Assembly: GCF_009834535.1 (NCBI RefSeq)
Contig: NC_045697.1
Location: 870,001-934,000 of the forward strand
Reading direction: 5' to 3'
Source of the DNA: Camelus ferus
Lineage: Eukaryota
Length of the DNA: 64,000 bases
Below are positions 10,496-22,480 of this stretch, piece after piece. The notes under the pieces are model-generated. The model ran no database searches. It had not been told where the DNA came from and saw only the letters and a program-made list of their open reading frames with translations. The position numbers were made by a program, and so were the translations under genes. Within the stretch, counting starts at the first letter, position 1; every line of letters starts with the position of its first letter.

Positions 10496-13400
10496 GGGGA
10501 GCGGAGAGTGAAGGGATAAACAAGCCAACACAGAGCATCTCGAGAGGTGACGGTGCCACAGGGGAGGGGCGGAGAGCAGGGAGGAAAGGGTGCGGTGCCT
10601 CCTGTGGGGCTCCAACCAGGAAGGTGCAGTGCTTCTCCACTGTGCCCCCTGCCCCAGGCCCTGCAGGCCATGGAGGCGCGCCCGCGGCTGTCACGCTTCT
10701 TAGGCGGGGCACTCACACCACGGGAGCTGGCTGGGCAAGAGCTCCAGGGTCCCTGGCGCATTGGAGGCCAGAGCAGCAGGCAGCATAGGGGAGGGGACAG
10801 GGTCGGGGGACACTGACCCAGGGAGGCGGCTGGCCCCAAGCCCCAGCAAGGCCTGAAAACAGGGTGCAGGCCCCCCTAGCCCCAGCTGACCCAGCCGCTC
10901 CCCAGTGGGCAGGTGGTGGGGAGGGTCAGCCCTGGGAGGCCGGCGGTTGGACTGGCCCGGCTCTGTCTGTGCTCTGGAAACACACGCAGGACCCTCACCC
11001 TCTCTGCCGCCCAGCTGTCAGGAGCCAGCGACCCTCAGGCTCCTTTGGGCCTGGAAGGCAGCCTCCCACCAGGGTCCAGCTGCCCCCCACCCCCATGGGC
11101 TGAGGCTGCAGGGTGAGTCCTCTCGCACCAAGGGAAGGGGCACATCTTGCACAAGCACCACGCTGGGGAGGCAGCAGGGAATCAGAAACACATGGCCAGG
11201 CCGGCCCAGCATCATGTCCCCATGCCCTGCGTCCAGCCCTCGGGCGGCTCACACACGGAGCTGAGCCGGGGCGGGACCTAGATGGCAGGGCTCCTCTGAG
11301 CCTTCCTGTCGCACCAGGGGCCCACTGTTTGCTCTCAGTCCCTCAGTCACACAGCCCTGCTCGCTCTCTACATCCACCTGGAGGCTCACGCCTCATTGCC
11401 CAGTCACTGGGCCCTCAGAGCTGGGTGTCAGGGCTACTCACCCACAAGGCGCCCCTCCCGCCCCCAGAGCCTGGCATCTGGAGAACCTGGATCTCCAGGT
11501 TTCAAAAAAAGAGACAAAGACCGCCCCATCCCCTCAGCCACCATGAGTCCAGCTCCTCCGGAGCAGCGGCAGTCACCAACTTTACTGCACGCCCCCAAAG
11601 GCACGCTGCGGGGTTCTGTTCACCACGGAGGCCGCCAAGCCCCTGAGAAGCAAAGGGAGAGAAACAGGTCAGCTGCCTATAGAGCAGTGGGCTCAGTGCC
11701 AGGCTGTGGCCACCCCACGCCAAAAGGCCCAGGCCTTGGGATCAGGCTCACCCCTCATCCCCGTAGGGGGCCCCATGTGGGCCAGCCTGGCAGCCAGGGG
11801 CTTTCTGGAGGAGTGGGCATTGCCAGGCAGGGGCCTCTCTTCTAAAGGAGACTTCAGACGTGGTTGGTGTCTGAAGTCCCGCCTCTCGGCCACCGAGGTC
11901 GCTGTGTCCCCTGGGGAGGCCGCACCCAGGCTCAGGGCCAGGTGGGTGTGCCAGCTCCGCGCCCGCCCCAACGTGCCCACTGTGCTGCTTCCTCCGGGCG
12001 CGCTCCCCACACCAGGTGCTGGCTCACCCGCCTGGAGCATGATCTCACCTCACCCCCTCAGCAGGGCAGGCCACGGCGGGACCCCACCCTACAGGCAACA
12101 AGACTTGCCCGCCCAAGGTCCCACAGCCCTCTCCCCACCCTGCCCTGATCATCCACCCTCCTCTGCTTCCTGGAGAGGGTCCTGAACCTGTGTCCTCCTG
12201 CGGATGGTGACAACCAGAGCACGGCCCTGACGGAGATGCTGAGGACAGCAGGGCAGCTGGTGGGCACAGTGGGCGGGGGCACAGCACGGGCTCAGTGGCA
12301 CCAGAGGACACAGTGATGGGATGCCAGCCGCCCCAGGGGCAGGGTCAGCCAGGGGCTGGGCCTTGTCTGGTCGGATCCGAGGCCAGCCCCCGGCCTGGGC
12401 AGAGGGAGGCCGGCGAGGGCTGGCAGTAGAGGCCGTGTTGTTGCCGTGTTTCTCTCTCACCAAGCAGGAAGCGCCAGGGGCTCTTCCCCCGGGCTGCCGG
12501 CCAGGCCTCCTCAGCACTTCTGGGAACCCCCTCCCCACGGGCTCAGAAAGCAGGAATGTGTCCTTGCCCCGAGCCCAGGCTTGTCTGGCCCCGAGTGCCC
12601 CATCGGGCCCAGTGTGACACGCCCCTTTCCCGGCCAGGGACAGCTGAGGCTGGCTTCCTAGAAGAGGTGCCTTGGGCCTCGCCAGATGCCAGGCCAGGGG
12701 GAGGCTGGTGAGCCAGGACCCAGGCAGGGGCTTAGCCTGAACAGAGCAGGAGGCAGAGGTGACAGGAGCCAGGGACGTGGCAAGCCAAGGCTTGTCTCTC
12801 TGTCTGTCCCCACTCTGGTGGCCAGGCTCTGGGCCCCATCCTCACATCAAAGTCCCCAGGCCTCTGACCTCCCACAGGTGGTCATAAGGTCTCTCTAGAC
12901 CAGCAATGGTGAAAGGAAAAAGGCCCCAGGCCAGCTGTGTCCCCTGCTCCTGCCTCCAGTCCACCCACCCAGAATCTGTGCCTGCCCCCTCGCTGAGCCC
13001 TGCTCCAAGCCTGGTCAGAGCCCCACCTGCTGGGAACTGGGGTTCTCAGAGGAGCCCCTCCCAGAAAAGTTCACACTGCCCCCCTGTCCCCCCAGGTGCC
13101 CCCTGCCCTGCAGCCTGAGAAGTCACCTTCCCCACTTTCCACTCAGATTCTGAGAGAGCGAGGCTCAGGGAAGCTCCCACAACAGGGGACGTGGAAAAGA
13201 GGGCAGGAAGGGGAGGTCACCTGCGGGCTGGCCCCAGGGCAGGCACCCAGCCTGGGGATCCCAGTCCAGAGATGCAGCCAGCCTCAGGGAGGCCCAGTGT
13301 GGGGTGAGGAAGTTCTCAGAGGGGCAATGGCAGGGATGGTGACCTCTGGGCCCAGCCCGTGGGAGGTGCTGGGAGGGCGGTGGGGACACCGGGGTCAAGG

Positions 13401-14929
13401 CTGTGGGCTCTGGTGTCGGGCTGGGCGAGGCATGGTGGGAGCAAGACTGATGCAGTTGGCTGAGGGTCTCTGCGCCTCCATACGTTCAGACAAAGGGCTG
13501 GTGCTAAGCCCACACCAGGGCTGCTGTGCCACCCCAGCCCAAGCCTGGAGAGGCCACTGGTCCCAGCCGCGTCCAGCCTGCTCACCCTGGCAATGAGCAA
13601 CACGCCGCTTGCCCCAGGGCCCCTCCCGACAGTTAGAGCCTCAGGTCCTGCTGCCAGGGGCGGGCAGGGGGCACAGCCAGGCTGAGCTTGTCACCTATTC
13701 CGAGCTGAACGGGCAGCTGGAGAGGGGCTGAGCTACCCAACCTGGGGCCCGCACCGTGATCCCTGGCCCAGGTTTCTGGGGGGCCCAGATCCTTGCCGCT
13801 CCATTCCCCTCCCTGGGAGGCTGTGCTGCTTTGAGCCCTGCGGTGACAGGAGCAGCAGCTGCTGTGAGCAGGACTCTCCTGACATTCTCAGGGTCACCCC
13901 TATCCAGTGTCAGCTCAGGCCGGGGAGAGGAGGAAGGCAGAACCAGGGCCTGTGGTTACCTTGAGCCCCTCAGGGGAAGCTGAGCTTTCTGCAGGCTGAG
14001 GGGGAGGTAAGGAGGGCTCCCCGGAGGAGGAGGAGCCCAGCCAGCACCCACCCGACACTTGCTCCCTTGGGCTCCACCAGCAGGAGCCACCTGTTCCTGG
14101 GGCTTCATTGGACAGCTCTTATCAGCTCCTGGACCCTTGAGCCCGTGGTTTGACAGAGGTCCCACGGCGGGGGGAGGGGCTGGCCTTGGTGGGCAAGCGA
14201 GCCTCTGAGGTGCTCTCACCCCAAATCTCCCTGGGCCACACCCTCCTTGGGGGCCAGAATGACCCTTTAATTTCACCAAGGGGCTGTTCGGGAGAGGGGG
14301 ACCCCCGTCCTGCAATGGGTCACCAGCCAGGGAAGCTTCCCGGCGGAGGCGAGGTCTGGAGGATGAGGAAGGAGGACGGAGAAGGTGCTCCCGGGGGAGG
14401 AGAGGCAGGACCAAGCTGGGGTCTCACTGCCCACCACTCAGCAGGAGACCCTGAGGGGAGGAGCGAGGCTCCCACTGGCAGCTGGATCATTGCCTGTGGC
14501 CTGGGAACAACCAGCACAGAAGCTGCCCCAACGTGGACAGGACTGCTCAGGACCAGGGCAGGAGGCAGGGTTGGGGGCAGTGAAGCCGTGGCCCGCGGCC
14601 TCAGTGGCTCAACGGGTGCTTTGAGGCAGCCCGTGGAGGCAGCCCACATGGGACAGTGACACTCCCGGGCCCAGCGTCAGAGCGATCCGGTTTCATAACC
14701 AGCCTGGATTCCTCCCCAGCCAAGGAAGGAGCATAAAAACCCAATATGTTTTAATTATATCTTTGAGGGCCACGAGCACAATCGTTTCCAGATGGGGACC
14801 CCGTTGACAGCCGCTCCGTGCTGGGCCCCAGGCTGGCAGGAGGAAGAGAGGACAGGCCAGGCCCCCTCTAGGGTGACAGTGGCCCCTGTGGCACAGGGTT
14901 CACTGCCCAGTTCACCGCCAGGATGGGAG

Positions 14930-15000
14930 TGGCTGTTATTGGTCATGATTTCCATTTTACAGGTGGGGAAACTGAGGCTTGGACCTGCTGGGCCACATAG
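14930..15000 (-). mobile_element. MIR SINE core fragment
   Basis: tccattttacaggtggggaaactgaggct is the reverse complement of the MIR core. Confidence 0.65.
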
Positions 15001-18000
15001 TCTGACCCTGAGGGGTCGGTACCCTGACCTGGGGGCCCTTCCAAGCTGGGAGCTGTGGGGCTGGGCTGGCCCAGACTCCAGAGCAGGGGCCAGCAGGAGC
15101 CCAGTGTGCCAGGGATTCGGGTCACTCACTTGGGCCCTGGGTTAGGAGATGGCCTGGACCATGCTGTCTGGGAAAGTCCATCTCCTCGGTCCCAGTGCTG
15201 AACAGGCCACACACCTTCAGCTCCTGCCAGGCAAGGAAGCGCCCAGCAGACTTCTCAGCCAGGAGTGAGGACCAGGGGCTGCGTGGGGCCCGGGATGGCC
15301 GCACCAGGCCAAAGACAGTGATGGCAGCAGGGGGCAGCTGGGGGCCCTGGTTCTACCTGCTCAGGAAGATCCAGCCCCTGAGGGCAGTGCACACACTGGG
15401 TGAGCGGCGGATGAGGAAGGTCGCTGGGCGGTCAGCAGCTGGGCTTCGGAAGTCTGCCAGCTAATAAGATTTGCCCGCTCAGCCTTCCTGGCTCTTCCGT
15501 GGAGATGGCAGCCCTTGTCCGCCTGAGACCCCTCCTCTTCTCCTGTCTGGCTGCACCACCACCCAGTTCAGCACTGCCTGCGTGGGCAAGACAGCCAGGG
15601 GATGGGTGAGTGGTGAGGGGCCTTGAGAGGCCAAGATTTCATTTCTGCCTCTTTGTCAGCCTGGAGACCCTCACCCTCCCCTGCATCCGGCGGAGCAGGC
15701 GGGTGGACTCTGGGGGAGTGATGGCAGTGAGGAGGGTGGGCAGATGGGTCGGCGGCAGTGGGAGAGGGTAGACAGGACCCAGGCCAGGCTGGCCCTCACC
15801 TGGCCCTGCTGATGCTGGCCTGGGCTAGAGGGCAACCAGCTCATCCAATCAGTGGAGTCAGTGCCTCAGGCAACCCCTGGCCCTGCCACCACCACGCCTC
15901 AATGACCGGCCTGTAAAACAGGCACAGGGCAGAGGGCCCACCCCTGGGCGTCCAGGCGGACGTGGAGGTCTTGCTCTGTCCTGGGCAGGTGCCCGTGCCT
16001 CTCCTGGCCCTGCCCCTGGGGGAGGCTCCACCATTACCCCTACCTTCTGCTGCAGCCAGTGCCCCTAGAGGTGACCCGGCCTGGCCTGACTCCGCACCAG
16101 CCCCCTCAAAGGAGCGGAACACACACTTGGCCCCGGCCAGGCTGCCACAGCCCAGGGACGAGGCCGGGGACACAGGAAGGTCAGGTGAGGCTGGCCAAGG
16201 CGATGGTGGCCCGCCTGCTCGGCGACCCAGGGGTGGCCTGAGGCTGGCAGGGTTGAGGTGGGGACCTGGCCCAGCCCTGGGCAAGGCACCCCGGCTGGCA
16301 ATGCCCCTGGGCTGTGAGCCTGCCGCCAGGCGCTGGGGCACCCGCAGCAGACGTGACATCATCCTTCGGCCTCACGCCTGCTGTGAGCGGGAGTGATGGG
16401 GGCCCACTGAGGCAAGCGTGGGCTCTCGTCCCCGCTGGGCCCCCCAGGCTGATGGCTCACCCCTCCCACCCGCCGATGGCCCAGCTCTCCTCCAGGCTGG
16501 GGAGGCAGAGGGATGCCCCACTGGGGCCAGGACTAACCTGGGCCAGACCCTCCAGCCGACCCTGGTGGACTCTGGCCTCCTGCCAATTCCCCCGGGGCCC
16601 CCACACTGCTTGTGCCAACAGCCGTCTCCCAGCCAAGGCCCGCCTGGCCCAGGCAGGTGCCGCAGGCCACACTCTCCAAACAGGCCAAGCCTGCCCTCTC
16701 TTGGGACTCTCACCACCTCCCTGACAGCTCAGAAAACCGCCGGGTGCGACTCCAGGATCTGGGGGACAGGCTTCCGTTTCCATTCCTGTCCTCCACAGAC
16801 TCACGCCTCCACCCTCCGCCCGCCCACCACCCCTCCCTGCGAGCCCACCCACTACACCCACTTACTCACCCCGCAGCGTGTGCCCAGCCATCTCTACCCA
16901 ACTTGGCCACCCAGAGACCTCGCGACTCACTGAGCACCCATGTCCACTCCTCTGGTCACCACTCCATCACTCTGCACCCTCCCACCCCTCCACTGGACCG
17001 GTCACTCAAGGATTCCCTGTTCCCTCTGTCCCCTTGACAAACACTGGCTGACTGTGCATGTGGGACCAGGCTTGGCTGGGGCCAGGCTGCCCTGGCGGGG
17101 AGGAGGGCAGGGGCTTCTGCAGGACGAAGGCAGGTGCCAGGTGAGAGTGGGGGCCAGTGGCAGGGAGCCTAGGTCAGAAGGCATGAGGGGGAAGCGGTGA
17201 GAGACAGCCCAGGACAGACCTGGTGAGTCCTGCTGTATACTGGGAGAGTCCAAGACCCAGAGGAAGACTCCAAGGGCTCACCTTGGGACATCTGGGCCTG
17301 GGCTGAGGGAAGGGGACAGTGTCCCCCTCTGTTGAGGGGCGCTGAGGCAGCTCTGAGAGGACCCCTGCAGCCTGGGCCTGCCTCCAGCCCATGGGCTGAG
17401 GGACTGCGAAGAGGGCCCCCGCTGGAACGGGGGTGGATGGCACAGACCCCCGCCCCACCCAGCACGGCAGCTGGGTTCCGGGAAGGCCCAGCCGGGACAG
17501 GCCTGAGCAGGAGAGATGGAGGCAGGCCGGGCTAACCGCCCCAGAGCCTCCGAGCCCCTCCCATCCCGCTCCACCCACCCGCCCCAACCAAGGGGGGAGG
17601 ACTGACATCTCCACACCCTCCCCCCACCCCCTCTCCCCCTGCCCCTGACCTGCTGGCCTCAGGCCTTCCTCCTGCTCGGCCATCACTGCCTGGCTGGAGG
17701 CAGGTCCCCTTCAGCCCGGAGCCAGAGCCCATTCATGCCGGGCAGTGAGGGAGAAATTCAGTTTGAAGGCATCCCCCCAAAGTGGATTTCAAGGGCACTG
17801 GTTCAGGAAAGTTCCCTCCCCTTGAGTGTCAGCCCCTGCGGTCTGGGGCCTCCCAGGCTCTGGCACAGGGTAGTGGGACCAGCTAAGGGAGGCTCCAAGG
17901 GCTAGGAGAGGCCACGCTGGCCAGGACAGTCTGCCGCCCACTGGGCGCAATCAGCATCTGGGCCAGCCCGGGCCCTCCCCCGCTGGGGGTCCGTGGGCAG

Positions 18001-20494
18001 TGGGAGGCGGCTGCAGTGCTGAGGCCTGAGAAAGAAGGGCCCATCCAGGCCAGTACGGGGGCTCCCGGTGCGCCCCTACATCGACGCCTCAGCTGGGTTT
18101 GGCCCCGGGGCCCTACCCAGATGGGAAGCCACTCCGCCCCCTTCCCCAGACAGAGATAACGTGTGACTTGACTGAGGCACAGGTAAACCTCCCCCGCCCA
18201 AGGCCCTGATTAAGGGCAAATCCCAGGAAGTTCCCGCCCCATCCTGAAACCCCATCTGAAGCCTGGCTCAGCCTGGGCAGTGGTCCCACCCATCCGGGCA
18301 GGCCTGGCCCGGGAGGCCACCATCACTGGCATGTCCCAGCTGCCCCTCCCAGAGGCCCCAGCCCTCCCTGCCCAGGGGGTGTCATGTCCACTTCAGGGGA
18401 GAGATAAGTGAGGGGCCCAGGAGCTGACCCTGCCTCCATGGGCCTCCCCGCTCAGGCTTTGCTCTAAAACAAGTGAAAGCCCCTCAGGGGCACTTGCTCT
18501 TTGCAGACCAAAGAGGAGTTCCAGGCCCTGCTATGGCTGGTCCAGGGCCCCCCACAAATGCCCAGTGGCACTAGCAGGGTCCCCTGGTGAGGAGTGGGTG
18601 GTTTCTTGTGTCCCCAGACACTTCCTTCTCAGCACTTGTACCCACCCAGAGTCCCCACCCGGCTGGACTCTTCCTTCTCAGTGGGAGGGGGATTATGCAG
18701 GGAGGTCCCATGTGGCCCTGTAGGGAGACACTGGAGAGCCCCCAGCTCCTGGTGGGTGGGGGAGGCAGAGACCAGCCCACCCAGGAGGCCCCCAGGAGGA
18801 AGGGGAGGCCCCTGGGGAGTGAGGGTTGAGAGAGTCAATGGGAACAGCAGGAAAGGTGGTTGGGGGCCATGGGGACCTCTCCACTTCCTTCCCTTGAGCA
18901 AGGTGACCCTACCACCCACCCTGGCCAGCATAGCACCCCCAGCCCAGATCAGAGCTCAGGGTGGAAAAAATCTGGGGGGCATCAGGGTGTGGGCCTGGGA
19001 GATAGTTGGGTCCCAGGATACGTGGGGACAGCACAGCCCTGGAGCTGGGGCCTTCAGGAGCCCATGGAACAAATGGGGACACTGAGGCCGAGGGGCCTTG
19101 ACTGTGGTCACCGGCAGGTCAGCAGCAGAGCTGGGAAGATGTCACGAGCACCTGGGCAGTAGAGGCCACGCAGCAGGGTTGGGTAGGGTGCTTCGAGCCT
19201 GATCAGGAGGCAGGGGGCTGGTCAGGTTGCAGTGGCCACAGGGTGTGGTTGGGGTGGCCGTCAGTTGACGGGGGGCATGCGTGGAGCCAACGGGTAGATG
19301 ACTTAATCACAGGCTGGCTTTGTCCCGGGGCGCCTGTCCCACGCCCAGATCCTCCACCGGCCGCACGCCCCAACCCCAACCCCCACCCCCACCCAGCTCC
19401 TAGCAACCTGCAGCGGAGCGTGGGCAAATGTGAGGGCTGGGGGCTCTGCCATGGGCCTGGGAACAGCTCAGGGGTGGCCGGGGTGCGGCCGGGTGGATCC
19501 GTCCCAGGCCAGGCTTGGGAGGACGTCTGCCCAGCCTGGCCCGTGCCAGCCTCCCAAGGAGGGCATCCTGGGAGTGGCTCCAGCCTGGCATCTTGGCAGA
19601 GGAGGCACCAGGGCCGGGGGCTTTGTGTACGGTGGCCCCCTCTCTTCCTGGGCCCCCACCCGGCCGATCCTGTCAGAGCCTTAGAAAGTGAGACAAAGGC
19701 CTGGGAGGCCCCAGGAGGGCTGGGACACAGGCAGGAGATGGGGTTTTAATGACCCAACTACAACAGTGGGAGTGGAGGCCTCTCCTTAACCCTGTCGGGC
19801 CCTGGCCTGGGACTGCCCACGCCAGCCAGGCCCCCATCACCGACCTGTGAGACTGGGAACAAATGAAAGTCTCCAAGAGACCCAGGTCCCTGACGCCCCC
19901 TGCCCTAGGCAGCCTGTGCCCCAGGCTCCTGCCAGAGGCCCTGGGTGAGATGGAGGCCCTCCGGACATCATCGGACACAAGCTGGCAACACCCGCTCATC
20001 CCGTGCTTTCAGCTTTCCTGCTGCCTGACCTCCCACAGGGGTGTCACCTGCAGCGTAGGAGCTACCATCCTCCCCGCAGGAAGCCCCCACCGTGCCAGCT
20101 GGCCGGGCCCCTGCCATCCCTCCACAACGCCCTCACAAAGCTCCTCCTCACACGGGCCCCTTGGGGGCCAGAGCTGTGGCGTGTCGAGATGCCAGCTCCC
20201 TGCTCGTTCCACACCATTCAAAGGCCTCGCTGCCCCTCCTGCCTCAGTCTCGCCACCTCTAAGATGCGTGCATGGGCGAGGAGGAGGCCAGTGTAAGTGG
20301 CTATCTCCGAGGCTCCTTGGTGGGCGAGGAGGTGGGACGTCCGGAGTGGAAAGGGTCCTGGAGGCACCTTGATAACCCAACTCCTGCTAAGTCCTGTTTC
20401 CCTCCCAGGCCCCCCAGGTTCTCAGAGGTACCACCCTTTCCCCCATCCATCCTGTTGCCCCCACTCCCTGCTTCTCACCTCCTGCCTCGAGGTG

Positions 20495-20590
20495 CATAAT
20501 TGGGCCTGGGCCTATCACCTGCTGTGACCTTGGACTTACCGTGTGACCTTGACAAGCCCCTGGATGCCCTGAGCCTTATTTTTCTGGACA
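20495..20590 (+). mobile_element. MIR SINE fragment
   Basis: gctgtgaccttggac...tgtgaccttgacaagcccctggatgccctgagcctt resembles the MIR 5' half. Confidence 0.45.
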
Positions 20591-22009
20591 GCCGGGGTCT
20601 AGGGCAGTAATGGGGCAGCAAATAGAAGTTTCTAATCTGAGCCGCACAGGATAGTCCAGAGAGCACCAACGGTGGGAGCTGGGAGCGAGCAGCTTCCCCA
20701 GGAGGTGGGCAGGTCAGGACCCTTCCTAGGGCAGAGGAACAGTGGGAGGGGGCACCCTTGGGAGCACTGAGCCCCCCAGCACTGCTCCCAGCAGCCTGCT
20801 GCAGGGGGACCAGACAAGGAGATGCAGCCCAGACAGGGCACGTCGCTACCCCCAGGTGCTAGGTCCCTGCGGAGGAGGACCTGTGTCCTCAGCCTGAGAC
20901 CACCCCCGCTGCGGCCCTCCACATCCTGCACTGGGCTGGGCTGGGGTCCTGAAATCGGACTCCAGAAAGTGGGGTTGATGTGATTCCAGCTCCTGCTGTT
21001 GGCCTGACTCCTCGAGGTGGGGTCAGGGTTGGTGGCCCAGCCAGAGCAGCCTGGGCAGCAGGTAGAAGTCAGGCTTCTCTGCAGGGCCACCTCTGCTGTT
21101 GAATTCCCAGCCCGGTGGACAGCCAGGCACTCAGCATAGGAGTATGGCCCACCTACATCTCCCTAGGACTGACTCCTCCACTGAACAGACACTGGGGGCC
21201 AGGTAGACACAGGGAGACTGGTGAAGGGCACCCATGATGGCCCAGGGAAGTGTGGACGAGGCCAGCCGGAGGGGATGCCAAAGTCTGGCAGGGTACCCTA
21301 GTGGTTAGAGGGTGAGCCAATTCAAAGAGGACCCCAAGGTCGGGCCTGAGATCTGGGTCGGTTTCAGAGCTGCCAGTAGGTGCTGGGGTCAGGAGCTGGG
21401 TGTGACCCTGTCAAGTTCAGGGTGCCCAATCAAGATGCCCATTAGCTGTGTTCAGGTGTAGACAATGAGTAGGGGTCACTCTGTGACCCATGTGTGTGTC
21501 TGTGTGTCCCTCTGTGCTTGTGCCGTGTGCTCTGACCTAGAGCAGGGCCTAGGCCCCCAAATGCCACCAGGGTGGGTTTGCCTGTTGGATGTGTCCACGG
21601 GTCATGGGCAGCAGCCCCTCCAAGAGAACTGGTCACGGTTCCAGTCCTCCAAGGGAGCCCCCTGAGTTCTGCCCACTACAGCATGCTGCATCCTTGGGGT
21701 CCTGAGGTTCAGCCTGTCTCGAGGGCCTCCCAGTCCCTCTGGGAGGAAGTCTAGCCCTGTACAGGAAACTGCACCCTTCCCTCCTTGGGGCGGGGGTCCT
21801 GGGCTGGGTGGTGGGCTCCACGCACACACTGGCCATTCAGTGAACACCTCATGAATGAAGCTATTTCTTGGCCTCAGCCAAGGGGGCCCTGAACCTGGGA
21901 GCTTCCAAACAGGACGGTGTTCTTGGGACGTGATTGAATCCCTCTCCTCCGGGCAGTCTGAATTCCCGGGAGGAAGCTTGAATCAGGCTGCACAGAAGAG
22001 AAGCCACAG

Positions 22010-22480
22010 GGCCCTCACGGTGGCGGCTCAGGCTTGCGCCCCCGTGGAACCGGCCGGCCGAGGGGGTCTCGCTGTGGCGGCGGGGACCGGGGGCCTGCCA
22101 AGGCACAGCCAGCCAGCTTGTTTTCACCCGCGGGGTTCCGCAGGGTTTCCAAATGGCTTAATAGGGAACGTGGCCTGGGCGGGCGCGCGGCGGCCGGGCG
22201 CGAGTGGCGCCTGTGCACACCGAGGAAGGCCGGCCCCTGGGCGGCGGGGGGGCCGGGATAAATGGCCCCAGTCATGCCGCGGGCTGGCCCAGCGCGGGTG
22301 CGCTAAGTTGAAGCTATAAATTACCCGGCCTGGCCAGCGCCACCGCAGCGCGGGCGGGGCGGGAGGGGGCGCGGCACTCACTAAATCGGCCCTTTCACCA
22401 CTGGAGGCCGTGCACGAAAGAAAAACTTTGTTTTATTAAAGCAACATCAGGGTTGTGGCCGCCCGGCCGGGAGGCGCCGA
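22010..22480. promoter_or_regulatory. Small orphan CpG-rich element (candidate enhancer or promoter)
   Basis: Dense CpGs with embedded AT motifs (TATAAA 22315-22320, ttaatag, ttttattaaa) and GC boxes. Confidence 0.5.
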
